Source: Amphiscolops sp. MND2022 (lineage: Eukaryota). From it: a stretch of DNA of 64,000 nt. The position numbers and the translations under genes were made by a program. Positions 50,110 through 63,316 of this stretch are shown here, one piece after another (position 1 is the first letter of the stretch; each line of letters begins with the position of its first letter). The notes beneath the pieces are model-generated. The model saw nothing but the letters and a program-made list of their open reading frames with translations, did not search any database and was not told where the DNA came from. The stretch is taken from NCBI GenBank assembly GCA_964187785.1, contig OZ076416.1:56048001-56112000 (forward strand), read 5' to 3'.

Positions 50110-51457
50110 AAACATTTGAAAACGAGACAATTCTATGTCGATGTCTCGAAGAAAAAGTATGCCCGACGTCCGAGCCAAGCAGCGGGTGCTAACTGATTGT
50201 GTAATGTTAGGTTTAAGTGACTTTAACTGACTATATAAAAGTGGAATTACAGCCCAAAGTTGAGTTTTGATGAAAAACCACAAAATCTGTAACGCTCTCA
50301 AGTGTCTAAAGCCTTCAGGTTTGATTGATTGGGTTGATTGTAACTGCTGCAAATGATTTGTCGATACAAATCGTGCTAAGCTAACTGAAAGAGAAACTCG
50401 AAACCTTCTGAATCCAAATGTGCTAAGATATTTGCTCTAAACACTGTCCTCCGCATAAAAATAACCTTTTTGGACCTGAAACTTCAAAAGTTGTTGTTCA
50501 TTTGAAAAGTCTTTCTGAAATCTCTCGCATCCCTGTAGCCTAGAGCCAACCCAGTACTTCTTTTAATGATGAGTCGGTCATTAGAACTTGTGGAGGCACC
50601 CAACAAGAAGACCTCGAGTGGCTGGCCATGCTTTCTGATGCCATTCAGATATTGATAGATAATATGGAATCGGAAACAAACCTTTGGTACTTCGATTATG
50701 AATTTTTGAGTTATTACTATAGAAGTGTCTTGAAAGACCAGAACGATTGATTTTGTTGATGAGGAAAAAGTCTTGGGCTGAAGTTCGAACATTTTTTCTA
50801 GGTGAGGTGACTTGACAAAAAACGGCATTTAGCGACAATAACTGCTTTCAAAACTCCAATGGAGGACACAGAGATTGTCTTTGGCTTCCATTTGTGCTCA
50901 AAAGCACATGTAGAAATATTAGAGAAGAAAGTGGAACACACGAAAAAATCAAACGAATTTGTTGAACAATTAGAGGCACATTGCGGCTTTTACCTGTTAA
51001 AACGTCGCTTCAGTCTACCAAACAGTTTGTATTTTTCTGAGCAAGTACCTGTTTCAGTCTCCAAGCGGTTCTGCAAAGTTTATGACAAAATGGTACAAGA
51101 ACGCCTTCGTTTCTAAAAAGAGTAATATGAACTTTGATAAGGTTTCGAGTATTCAATCGACTCTGCCGTCAAAATGAGTGGTCTTGGTGTTGGTTAGTTT
51201 TCCCGGATTACTGCGAAGGCGTTTCGTTCGGAGATTGGGCTAAGTGTTATGAATGAACAAAGAGTGTTGTTTTCGATGGAAATCCGACAAAATGGACTCA
51301 ACCTTTTTACGTTTCAGCGGCTCATGAGTAGATACCCAGATAGGATGCAGGTCGGTCAGAAGTTTTCAACCCTCAATAATGCAAGTTCGGGTCTTAATTA
51401 AACGCCGCTACATGTAAAAATCTGGGCCTAAGACCTACTGACTAGCAGCTGAGGATT
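50110..51457 (+). mobile_element. Decayed CRE/SLACS-like (restriction-like endonuclease type) non-LTR retrotransposon, copy 1
   Basis: SQPS...VIRTCGGTQQEDL (50598; QQGD motif), ETNLWYFDY (50685; YxDD motif), LEKK...LEAHCGFYLLKRRFSLP, GLGV, KWTQP and CKNLGL...QLRI all parallel copies 2 and 3. It may extend upstream towards ~48.8 kb. Confidence 0.8.
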
Positions 51458-51459
51458 TT

Positions 51460-54100
51460 CAACATGATTACGCATAAGATCTAACATCTCTGCAACAGAG
51501 GTAGAAATATCCATCGGCGCGGTTTACAAGGTCTTCCTTGTAACAAAGCGTCTGCCAATTCTCAAGCCATTTTCTTCTTATCTCTCTTGAAATAGAAATT
51601 AGGATCTCTCGATTTTCCTTCAATACTAGATCCCACGTATCATACAGTACTGTCGCCAAACGCCCAAACGGTGTTATTTTGATTTATGGTGTTATTTTGA
51701 TTTGGGTGACCAGTTGGTATGGGAAGTCACCGTTATCGATGCCTTTGAACCCAACCTCGTGATTGCAAACTATGCAACAGAATCGGACGCCAAAACAAGA
51801 TTTGAGGGAAAATCTTCTCGCAAATAGAGGTTCTTTTATATAGAGGTTTGATGCGTCGACTAAACATTTAGAATTAATGGAAAATGAGTCCTTTTGTACA
51901 GCACATACCAAAATGGATTGACGAGGCTCCATTGATGTTACATAAGAAAGAGATGATGTTCCTTCCATTTTTTAAACAGTTGATCCTGCATGGTGTCCGT
52001 AGGTTCGCTGATTGTTAATGATCAGTTCCAAAGATTTGTGCAGCTTTTGATCTTCATGGATCACCATTCAGAAAAGGGGCTTTGATGTTCCTTGCGTTGC
52101 AGTGAAAAAGTAAAATCTTCGTGCCGTTGACTACAATTCTACAGAATGAAGACGTTTCTCTACCCCAGCGCAAGACAGACTTAGTTTCCTTGTCAAATCG
52201 TTTGTGCTCTCTTGCTATCCTAAATGAGCCGTCGTCTGCAAATTTGAATGAGCAACCTTGGTTCATCAGAACGTCCTTCGGGAAATATAATAATAACAAT
52301 TAGGGCGAGAGAGCATTTTTGTTGTCCTACGGTGTTGACCGGAAACGTGGGGAATTTGTAATCTCATGGTTCAATAAAGACTTTTCAGTTTCTAAAGAAG
52401 GTCCCCGAAATTTGAATAGTTCTACTAGTTTCTTTGTAGTCCCGTTGCTTCTAGAGAAAAGCACTTGTCTTGACGCTGCCAAATGCTTTTTTATGTCAAT
52501 ATTTAACTAAGCTGTGGTACCATTGATACTTTCGCTCGTTCAAGAGACATGTGAATCCTGTGAAACAACCGTTCTGTATTTCTTGTTGTTCTGCAAAATG
52601 CTTGTTCTTCACCTGTTATACTGTGCAAGGGGAGATTTTATTTGTTCAATTGACTATTGTTTGTTCAAGATGTTTTCCAGTCTGACTGGAATTGAACAAC
52701 GATCGTTGAGAGGAACAATCGTTATATCTCTCTATATTTTGCCTGCGGATGAAGATTACTCGTGATTCCATCCAACTCCGGAAGCACTCTACTGGCAGTT
52801 GTTGAAAAGTTGAAGAAACACTTTTCGAGCATTTTTTCCGAGCCTTTTATCATTGTCAAATGCATGCCATCAGTGTCTAGTGCAGATCCAGAGACATGCG
52901 ATACGTGCCCATCAATCCACTCGCACATATTCGCTGGTTTCGAACGTTGCCGAAGAAGGTTTTCCTCCTTCCAGATGTCCTTCGTCAACCAGATTTTCGT
53001 CAATAGATTCATTCGAATTAACATTGCAGAGCTGCTTGCTGTATTTAGTTTTCTCTATTGAAGGAATGAGTTTCAAAAAATGCTTTCCAATGTGAAGTTG
53101 AGTTGTTGCTTTTTCGATCGTTAGCCACTATGATCATGTCAGTGATTGTCAAAGCTTCGCTGTTGTAATGGAAAAATAATGCGTCTAGAAATGATGGTGG
53201 ATTTTAACCTCCAGTGCTTCGGCGAAGTGAAAGCCTGAATTCTGAATTTACCTTTCCTTATTCCCACGTTTTGCTTTAAATAACTGACTGGAAACATATT
53301 AGTGACTTCATGAAACACAATCCAATCAACCCCTACAGTTCGAGTAATCTAACCTGATGCTTGACATGTGGTATGAACTGTTGTGCAAAATCATAAAAGA
53401 ACGCAACCAAACAAAACAAACCATCGAATGCACCTAGCACCCTGTTCAACATCCAAGAAATCCTATCTTTTCAAAAACTGCAGACGAAGGAATCAGAGTA
53501 CTCGAGCACTCCTTCAACTTCAAAGAACAGAAAATCGTTTGCCTCCAAACTGAACTCTCACTCTTCTCAGAACACAATGAAACTAAATACGAGGTATTCA
53601 TTTTCCGATAACTGAAAATCTCGAACCTACAAAAATAACTCTCGTTTTGAATCTGTTGAATCATCTGCTCGTTAAAGCTTCCCTTGACAATAAAACGACA
53701 AATTTTGATCTTGATAAAGCGAACCGATTTGATGCCTAAGTTCTCTCAATGTTTTGTCGAGTTCTTTATCATCCCACCCTTGAGAGATCATCTTGCACAA
53801 GACTGATTGAATTCCTGTCAATATTGCTGAAACAAGATGTTCTGATCAAACGTGATGTAGCTAAAACGGAGGGCGCAGAAAAAATTTATTTGCGTTTTGG
53901 AGAAACTAATCCGACTCGAAACCTAGGTCAATTCGTATACTCTTCACTCTTACAGACGAGAAATGAGTGTTTTCGACAGTATGGAAAAGTACCGAAATCA
54001 TTCCACTTCTCAAAGACTGAGACAGGCAACCTTCATCTAATTATGAACCCATTGGCCTCCTGTCTACTGTTTCAAAGCTTCTTGATGTATTAAAAAAACA
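51460..54100 (-). mobile_element. Decayed APE-type LINE (I/Jockey-like) ORF2 fragment
   Basis: Across frames: LQLFNNC, RLENILNKQ, NIDIKKAFGSV (DxxKAFD), KVFIE...FPVN and CSFKFADDGS (~52225-52250). Confidence 0.7.
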
Positions 54101-54258
54101 AACGTCTTCTCATTCTAACGAGACCCCTCTCAAATATTCAACACCGTTTATGCAGAAACCTCCATATGATAATCAACCTGATCGAGTCCTTACATGCTCT
54201 GTAGGAAACTTTCGACAGGCCAACATGTCTTTATCTACTCGGTTTTTAAGTCATAATA

Positions 54259-54505
54259 CGTCATAATAAAAAAAATGTTGATAAAGGTAATTACTCGTTA
54301 CTACCAAAAAGTTGTCCAAGTGTGGTATACCAAACTCGGCTCTAAAACTACTGAAAGCTATCTGGCGAAAATAGCTTCATAATAAAAATAGCGTCATGAT
54401 AAAAAAACTGTTGATAAAGGTAATTACTCGTTACTACCAAAAAGTTGTCCAAGTGTGGTATACCAAACTCGGCTCTAAAACTACTGAAAGCTATCTGGCG
54501 AAAAT
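54259..54505 (+). repeat. Local tandem duplication, ~133-bp period, two copies
   Basis: TTGATAAAGGTAATTACTCGTTACTACC...CTGGCGAAAAT at offsets 54278 and 54411. Confidence 0.9.
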
Positions 54506-55224
54506 GCAGCGACAGTAAAGTACGAAACAGTATCTCGAGTTAGCCACTTGTACGCAGTGGTGTTCAACAAGGTTCTTTTCTTGGTCCCAAACTTTTCCTG
54601 GTTACGCAGACGATTTTTAGTTCCTCAGTGATTATACTCTTATTGCTTATCTAGGCGTGCTGAAGACCTGCAAGTGGTGCGTAAAGAACTCCATTCATTA
54701 TATCTCTTTTGAAGTGAAACGTCACAGTTTTCTGTCACGACATGGCATTGTATCTGGAAGCACCGATTTTTGGACATAAACTAGATAGTTGTTAAAACTT
54801 GGTAAAGAGTCAATTTTCTCATGTTGAATTCTGAACAGTTTTTAACAGGTTGTTAATACCATGACAGCCCACGCTCTTCGTCGCCTAATTCTCTGGTACG
54901 AAAAAGATCGTGACTGGCGATCGTACGTCACAGAAGGTACGTCACAGAGATTATGCATCAAAAGTGACCCATGCCTTGCTGACACTAAATACTGTAGCTG
55001 CTATTTAGTGAACACCTATCCCTCAGTGTCATGTTGATAACTTTAAACCAGACACTCTCTTTGAATCAGGCGTTGTTCACATGAAACAATTTCCGAAACT
55101 TCACGGATCCCGCGAGCTGAAAACTTGATACCCAAATCTAATGATATTTGTGAAACCTTGTCAAATATTGCCTAATGGTGCTCATTGTTCTGCTCTCTAA
55201 GCAGTTTTGTGGAAAAATGTGAGC

Positions 55225-57160
55225 CGTTGACTCAGTTGTAAAATCTTGTGAAGAGACCCGGCAAGGAGATCTTGAGGCTCCAGTTTTATTTTCGGATTCC
55301 ATTCAGGATCAGGTTGACAGTTTGGAGTCGAAAACAAACTTATGGTACATCGACGATGGAAGTTTAAGTGATAATTACAGAACCGTTCTGAAAAACCTCA
55401 AAAAACTGTTGAAGCGGAAAAAACGCTGGCACTCAAAATTAAACCACCGAATGTGAAGTTTTATCCTGGTGACATCACTCGAAAACGACGATCGACATTT
55501 TTAGCATCTTTCCAAGAAAGCACCCGGGTTCAAAACATCAACGAATGATAAACTAAAACTTACGATTTCACAGCTCTGCCTGAAATCGCAGGCAGACTTA
55601 TTGGAAAAGAAACCTAATGAACTGGAAAAGTTATTGAAGTTGTTGAAAAACTGAATGCTCATTATGGTGCTTTTATGCTGGAAACTTTCCTAATTTTGAC
55701 GAAATTGTTGTACGTCTGGAGAACCAGTACATGATTTAATCATTCAACTCTCTTGGAACGTTCTATAAAAAACGTGCGCGACGGGCTTTCCGAAGTGTTT
55801 AACGTAAACATGGGCGACATTTCGAGTACTCAGCTGGCTCTGCCTTCTGAAATGGGTGGTCTTAGTGTATCATCCGCATCATTATTAGCACTTCACACCT
55901 TTTTGGCCTCAGCTTCTGGTGCGAGTGACTTTCTCACGACGATTTTCTCGAAATTCTTCGAGGATATTTCGTTCACGAAATTGCTGGAGAATAAGCTGAG
56001 TTTGACGAAAGAACAGGAATGGCTTTTGTAGAGAACCCAAACTGTCTATGTCAAAACTGTCCAAGGTTTGGTTTCTAGAAGGGATGAAAAATGTTCGAAA
56101 GTTTTTTCCGATCATCAATGCGAATTCGTGTCTCAATGAAGTAGGTCGTTTGTAGAATACCATTTTAAATATTTCTACAAACTGGTTCTAGATGCTCCAG
56201 TTTGTAGAATTTTTTTCTACCAACTGGATCATTAAATTCTACAAACTGGACATCCTTCACACAAGATCCAGAGAGCTCCACCGCCTAAGATATAAAAGAA
56301 TAAGATCCAAACACTGAAGTGTGGGGGCATATCCGTTATATGCACGCTCTCCCTCCCCATCGCACAGTATCCATACGTGGAAAACAAATTCTACAAACTG
56401 GGTCTCAATTTTCTACAAACTGGTTTTCTAGAAACTGGTTTCATACCGTCTCAATGGCTTAACATTGTTGTGCATACCTACCACTGTGGTAAAGGAGTTG
56501 AACGAGATGGTTCTCACGGTTTCTCTTGGGTATGGAACCAGTTTTATAGAGAACCAGTTTGTAGAATCCATTTTGTAGAAAAGTTACATCCAGTTTGTAG
56601 AAATTTTGCAACAAACGGGATTGTACGAACTGGTTTTCTACAAACCGGTGAGGTCCAGTTTGTAGACTACCAGTTTGTAGAAGTATCGAAGAGAAACAAT
56701 AAGATCAATAATGCAGGAATGATGCATAGTAAAAAACGTATCTCGGATATGTCATCTTTTCCTCTAGTGCCCCGCGGCCACTTGGGGCCGCTTGTGTTCC
56801 CATCCTGTTAAGTGGGGCGAACAGGACCAAAGACTTATAGGGAACGGAAATTTTTTGGAAATATGCTGAAATTGTTGACTGTTTTCAATGATATAACCAA
56901 GAAAAAAATCTTATTCGTGGGTTAATTTTTAGTCCCAGCGTTTTGTCCGGTGGCCACGGAAATAAAAGGTTCTTTAGGCGAGAGCAGTGAACATTTTATC
57001 ACGAGTCTCTGTAGCATGCTCTGTCGTTCGCACGACGATTAACCAGCAACCAGCGTTTTGGAGTCACGGATATCAATGGCTCTGCTGATCGGCAATGCGG
57101 CCTGTGTTCTAGGAACTGTTAGCGACAGAGATGCGTTTGAACAAACTTATTACATATTAA
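55225..57160 (+). mobile_element. CRE/SLACS-like non-LTR retrotransposon, copy 2, internally deleted and interrupted
   Basis: RQGDLEAP, NLWYIDDG, QLALPSEMGGLSVSSASLLAL, HCGKGVERDGSHG (CCHC remnant) and C-terminal RISMALLIGNAACVLGTVSDRDAFEQTYYI. Confidence 0.88.
56145..56690. repeat. Fold-back-like arrays of CCAGTTTGTAGAA / TTCTACAAACTGG
   Basis: More than a dozen copies in both orientations, inserted within CRE copy 2. Confidence 0.85.
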
Positions 57161-57176
57161 ACTGGTTCATATAATA

Positions 57177-60100
57177 ATGGCTAATCGATCAAGACAACTG
57201 GCAAACACAACTTGTGGAGGGCATTTTAATAAAGCCATCAAAGAAAGAGAAGATGAGTCGATACAATGCGATGAATGTCAGCACTGGTATCACCAATAAT
57301 GCACGGACATCTCAATGAAAGCTTTGAAGTCCTTCAATCAGATTAAAGGAATCAGAAGGTTTTGTGACAAATGTACCAACCTTGTGAAAGTGTTAATGAA
57401 CAATAAAGAATCTAACAAGGAAGTTACAAAAGCTGTGGAATCAATCGCAGAGCTGAAAAACGAAATCTTTGACTTCAAAGCTAAGTCGAACTATACCTCT
57501 CAAGAAAAAAACCTAGCATTTATTTCCTAAATGAATAACGTATCAGTTTTATACCGGACTTTCAAAAAATTGGCAATTTTCGGAAAAGTAAAAAACCCTC
57601 AGGGATTGAAATAGTTTCGTTGAATGTCAGCAAATTGAAAATGTGTTAAAACAACTTTTGCAACGATGCAGAACCATCGACTTGCATTACTAGTATGAGG
57701 AGACTCGGAAGGTTTGATAGTACAAAGAAGCGACACGGAACTATACTTTTGACTGTTGATAATGCTCGGACTGCGAGAAAAATTTTAGCCAAGGCACCCA
57801 TGCTTAAAGATTTTCAACTTAACGGAATTGCCATTTTTATTTCAAAAACTTTGTCAAAATTAGATCAAGAGAGAGAGAGAGAGAAAAGAGAAAATTGTTA
57901 CTGAAAAGAAGAGAATTATTTGAAAGTGGCCACGACAGCAAAAACAGTTAAATAAAAAATCAGATTTTACTGCTGAATAACCATGAGGTTCAAGTTAATT
58001 GACTACCCTTCGAATCTGAGGAATATTAATTCTGCTGCTACAACATTCGAAGACTATACACCTTGGACGGACGAACTCAATTTTCTAATGATGTTGTCTT
58101 CCGCAATTTTTCTACAATACTTGTGGGCGAAACATGGTTGATAGATAGTCAGACCATTGAAGAGGTCTTTTTACTAAAAAACGAAATACACCACTCGAAC
58201 ATAGATTCAAAGAAAAGTTCTACAAAGAAAGCAGGTGTACAAAGCATGGAGGTGTGCTGATAGCAGTTAAACGACCGTTAGTGGCAGAAGAAATCTTTTT
58301 ACCTCTTTCTTCGATGGTATGGTTGATTACCCAAAAAACTTGATTTAGCTCTGCCGAAACGCACTAAGCACAGTGCCAGTTTGGCTACTTGGATTTTCCC
58401 TTCAACATCTAATCTTTCCAAGAAACTATGCATTGCAAAAAACAAGTATCTTACGCTACACAATAGAGTTCCCAAATTGATGGGGATCCGTGATCAGGCA
58501 GTACCAGTTGATATGAACGCTTACGATGGAACATTATCAACCACTCGATCAACATACCAAATATTCAAATTTAATTGATCCTTCAAATCCGCCAGTATTT
58601 CTTTTAGAATCTATTACGGTGATAAAATTGCTCAGAATCCTTATGATCAAGACACTCTTCTTGCCAACTTCTTTGAAGACAATTCCAATCAACCCTCGAT
58701 GACGTCTAGTAAAACAGAAACACCTTAACTTTCCTCCACAATAAGTGAAGATTTGGATGTATCAGAATTTCGAATTCAAAATGTGTGCAACAGGTGCTGA
58801 TAATTGACCCGCAAAATTATATCATTTCAAAGTTTGTCCTCGTCTCTAAGCATAACCCTCAGGCAATTTTTTACGAAGATTAAACAAACCAGTTGTTACC
58901 CCGATCAATGGAGAAAAGCTATTATAGTTCCAACCTTCAAAAAGAAGGGAGATATATCCTCAGTGTTCAATTACAGACCTGTCTCCATACTTCCCATTGT
59001 GTCAAAAATGTTTCACCGATGCATATTCATTGACTTACACCGTGTCCTTGAACCTCGTCTCTCGTCATACCAATATGGCTTCAAAAAATGCAGATTCTGC
59101 AAAGTGCTACTTCTTGTTTATCTGGGTAAAAATTATCGGGCTCCCGAAAACCGTCAGAATGTTCATGTTGTTTATCTTGATTACGAAAAGGCTTGCGAAC
59201 GTGTGCATCACCAGCTACTTCTGAGCAATGTATCAGATATGGGAGTTAAAGGCAGCCTTCTACAACTTATTCGCTCGTATTTCAGTGGACGTTGCTGTCA
59301 CGTTAGAATCAACAATTCATTATCAAAAGAGAGAAAGTGCACCAGTAGAGTACCTCAGGGTAATAATTTGTCCAGGTATTGCGATACGATTTGCGATTAA
59401 TTGCGAGCGATTTCGATTATTGGCCTTGCGACTGCGATTTCGATTTTTGCCCTTGCGATTATACTAAACGTTTAGAGTTTTTGCGATTATTTGCGATTGT
59501 TATTTGTTTTCCAGCTATGTGAAAGATGAACAATTTTCTTTTGGTCGGCTAGCAAAAACTGTCTGCAGAGTCGAATGACTCCCTCCCACCACGATCGCAA
59601 CGTCGTCCTGAAGAAGATTGCTGATTTGATTTGATTTGATTTGACCACTTTTGTTATTTGTTCCCCTTTTTGTGAAAAATTCGTAAATCAATATTGTTTT
59701 GTTCAGCAGAAAACAAACTAACCGCTCGGAAAAGTTTTTTACATATAATTTGCCATTGCGATTATTTTTGCGGTTATGAGAACATCGTGTGATTGCGATT
59801 GCGAATGCGATTATCTGGCTTGAGCAAAATGCGGTAGCGATTAGCGATTATTATTTTGACCTGCGATTACGAATAGTTGGTTTTACGATTTATTCGCATT
59901 CTCTGGTTTTGTGATGCTTGCTTTTTTTAGTTTACATCAATGATCTATCAACTCACTGTTAGTCAACAGAATCACTTATTTGTGCAAATAATGCGAAGTT
60001 CATTGATAATAATTCAACCTAATAATCAATTTCAAAAGGACTTCAATGGTGTAGCAACTTGGAGCAGCCTTCAAAGTCTCTCTTTCTCTAAATGCCTCAA

Positions 60101-60660
60101 AATCTTCAGTAGCAGATCTCTCGTTTTCGGATCAGCCCTATTCTTCAATGAATCTGAAATTTGGAACCTCGATGTAAAAGATCCACCTCTACAAAAAGAT
60201 CTAGGGCTAATTATCAACTCGAACCTCGAATGGAACGATCATATTGGAATGAACATAAGCAAAGAAATTAGGGTACTATTCATGGTTAAAAGGAATTTCC
60301 CTAACCTACTCAAGCTGACTAAATTCAGTATCTACGAATCCATGATTCTCCCTGTGCTTTTCTTCAGATCCTCCTGCTGGTTTGATTACAAAGAATCTTT
60401 AAGTGCATTGGAACGCCTGCAAGAGAAGGCTTTAACCTGGATTAATGGCCGTAAACCATACCAAATCAATTTTATCGAGTGCAACTTGTATACAGTTACA
60501 AGACCTCCTCTTATTATCCTAATTGATCTCTGGTTATTACAAGGTTGATTGCTCTAGCTTTATGTTTCAGGAAACAAGGCTACAATACGCGAAGTGCAGT
60601 TAGACCAACGTTTTGTATTCCAACAATCGAAAGAACGCTTATGCACCAGGACTTCTGGTT
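57177..60660 (+). mobile_element. CR1/L2-like LINE, near full length but decayed: ORF1 (PHD finger, coiled coil, RRM-like) and ORF2 (APE, RT)
   Basis: ORF1: IQCDECQHWYHQ*C...RFCDKC and RRLGRF...IFIS. ORF2: LVGETWL, YRPVSILPIVSK, QYGF, VYLDYEKA, SRVPQG, VYINDL and KDLGLII. Confidence 0.92.
59372..59906. mobile_element. MITE-like insertion with GCGATT arrays, splitting the LINE RT
   Basis: Sits between the VPQG and YINDL motifs. Imperfect TIR CCAG(GTATT/AGAAT)GCGA. No clean TSD. Confidence 0.7.
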
Positions 60661-60664
60661 TCGA

Positions 60665-62940
60665 ACGGGGTTAGGGACATTTGCAGAAAATCAATTTCCC
60701 GAAACCCACTTTGCCGAACGTGAAGGACAATTTGCCGAAATTTTTCGGCAATTGTCCCTTTGAGTTTGCCCAATTTTGTAGGGACAATTTGTCGAATACG
60801 TAGCGTTTTCAAATAGCATTGTTTTTGTCCGTTGGATATAGCCCCATTTCCTCAAGGGATGCCACGAAACAGGTCGAAAAATTCTCGTCGAAAAAGGTCG
60901 AAAGGTACTAAGGTCGAAATTGAAAACAGTAGAACTCGGATCGAATGAATCAGGTCGAACCTCCATTTTTTCGTGAAGCAATCGAATTTGCAGGCACTTC
61001 TCCTCACCTAATATAGGGTCATATACGGTGTATGCACGCTCGCCCTCACCGTCGTAAAGACCAGCTCCCACTACGATCGCTTCTTGATCTCCGTTCCCGC
61101 AAGGTCTTTGCTCCTGTTCGACCTCGCTTAGCAAGATGGGAACATAAGCGGCCCCAAGGGGGTTAGGGTTAGGCACTAGAGGAAATGGGGGCATATCATA
61201 ACTTAAATTGTTATAAAAATTTCGTTTTTTTTCGAGATTTTAGCTTTTTTTGGTCGGAGTCATCAAATTTGATTTCGATTGGTTGCATACTTTTCCGCTT
61301 TATCGATCAAAATTTTCGATTGAATGACTTCGATCAGATTCCTTCGACCGCAGTTTTGTCGATCGTTTTTGACTGTTTTTTTTTCGACATGTTTCAGGTC
61401 ACTCTTCCTCTAGTACCCCGCTGGACAAATGGTCACTTGGCCTAATGCCATTTGGCTTAAAATCATTTGGCTTAATACAATTGGTCACTTGGCCTAATTT
61501 TTTTAATCTAAGTGTCTCGGGTATTGGCTTAAAATCATTTAGTTGAAAATACGAGCAGATTTTGTCGAATTTATTAATATAACGTAGTCAGCGTATTATC
61601 ATAACATTTCATATCAAGCACCCCTCGGATATGTCCCCATTTCCTCTAGTGCCCCGCGGCCCCTTGGGGCCGCTTATATTCCCATCTTGCTAAGCGAGGT
61701 CGAACAGGAGCTAACACCTAGCGGGAACGGAAATCTGGAACAAATTTTTAAGCTAAATGACTCGACGAAAAAATTAAGCCAAGTGACTGGTAACCCCCCG
61801 CGGCCCCTTGGGGCCGCTTATGTTCCCTTCGTGCTGAGCGAGGGGTGGCTGTAAATGGTCGAATTTTTCTGGTCAAAAAGTTAGAATTCGAACGTTTTGA
61901 TCGAATTGCAATGCGGTCGAATGTAATGCGGTCGAATTTTATCGTATTTGTTGTATGGCTCGGTCGCTTTGCTCCTTTCGCCAAGTAGCAACATTGAGGC
62001 ATGGCCAAATGGCACGTCGCTCCGCTTCGCTTCGCTCCGGCACTAGGGGTATGTGAACATATCTGACTACGTTATAAAAGTTTCGATCCGAGTTGTTTCG
62101 AACCCATTCAAAAATTTGGTATGTCGACCTGAGGACTAACTCTGATTTTCAATCCCGTTCCTTCGACCTATTTCCGCCCACCCCTAAGCGAGGTCGAACA
62201 GGAGCAAAAACCTAGCGGGAACGAAGATTGCGAAGCGATCGTATCAGGGAACGAAGATCCATGATACTGATAGAGGAAAAAAAGTGGGAGCTGGTTTTTG
62301 CGACGGTGAGGGCGAGCGTGCATACACCGTATGTTACCCCATATTAGGTGAGAAGTACCTAATCTATTTTGAGCAATTCGCAGGAGCAAAAACCGGATAC
62401 GGGACAATTTGCCGAAAGGCAATTTGCCGGAGTGGCTGTAAATAGGTCGAATTTTTCTGGTCGAAAGGACAGAGGTCGAACCTTTTGATCGAATTGCAGG
62501 GATTGAATGGAATGCGGTCGAATATTATTGTATTTGTTGTATGGCTCGGTCGCTTCGCTCCCTTCGCCAAGTAGCAACATTGAGGCATGGCCATATGGCA
62601 CGTCGCTCCGCTTCGCTTCGCTCCTGCATTCAGGGCGCTAGGGGTATGTGAACATATCTGACTACGTTATAAAAATTTCGATCCGAGTTGTTTCGATCCC
62701 ATTCAAAAATTTGGTATGCCGACCTGAGGACCAACTCTGATTTTCGATTCCGTTCCTTCGACCAACTTCCGCCCACCCAATTTGCCGAAACTCAATTTGC
62801 CGAACGTGAAGGACAATTTGCCGAAAATTATTCGCTGAATTGTCCCTGAGTCAATATCCGGCAAATTGTCCCGTATCCATCGAACCTGCAGAATTGCCAA
62901 CAGTTTACCCTTGAGTTTCGACTGATACGATAACCATTTC
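60665..62940. repeat. Nested cluster of non-autonomous repeats (TTGCCGAA, GTCGAA and TTGGCTTAA arrays plus a conserved hairpin module)
   Basis: An inverted repeat of ~110 bp (61085-61197 vs 61627-61735), a ~340-bp direct repeat (61845-62185 vs 62430-62780), and recurrent GGATATG...CCTCTAGTG motifs. Confidence 0.8.
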
Positions 62941-63316
62941 AAAGAAACGACTATCAGAACACTTCTGGAATTACTTTCATCACTGTTATAGAACTGAAGA
63001 TTTTGACTCTTGGCGATTGATACAGTGCTTTCATGTAAGAGGGTTATAAACCCCTACATTTTGTTGAATTCATAATAGTTATATTTTTGAATCTGTATTT
63101 CCTTACAGCGTTTTTGAAACGTTTTCTACCGGTCGAGATAGTGGCTGGTATGAGTAGTATGTTGGTTGTTTTTTGTTGTTTTTGGGATAGTGGCTGGTAT
63201 AGGGTTTCCTTTCGTTGCAGAACACGGGCGTGTGTCTTCTCTCCCCAACATGATGACAATCGGCTTCCCAGATTGCTCTTCCTGCTTTTTTAGCTTCAGC
63301 ATCGGGTGCCATACGT

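Noticed and set aside
49490-54093. Compact alternating-strand ORFs that first looked like an endogenous DNA virus or Polinton
   Set aside because: Manual translation shows they are fragments or antisense shadows of a decayed CRE-like element (+) and a decayed LINE (-). I saw no polB, ATPase or capsid motifs.
56745-56865. Spliced-leader RNA or snRNA gene
   Set aside because: The Sm-like site appears in only one copy, and there is no recognisable leader/donor or U-snRNA sequence. It is kept only as a side hypothesis in the findings.
61174-61651. Transib/RAG-like MITE with CAC...GTG termini
   Set aside because: There is no 5-bp TSD, and the homology extends outward beyond the CAC/GTG on both sides, so these are not element ends.
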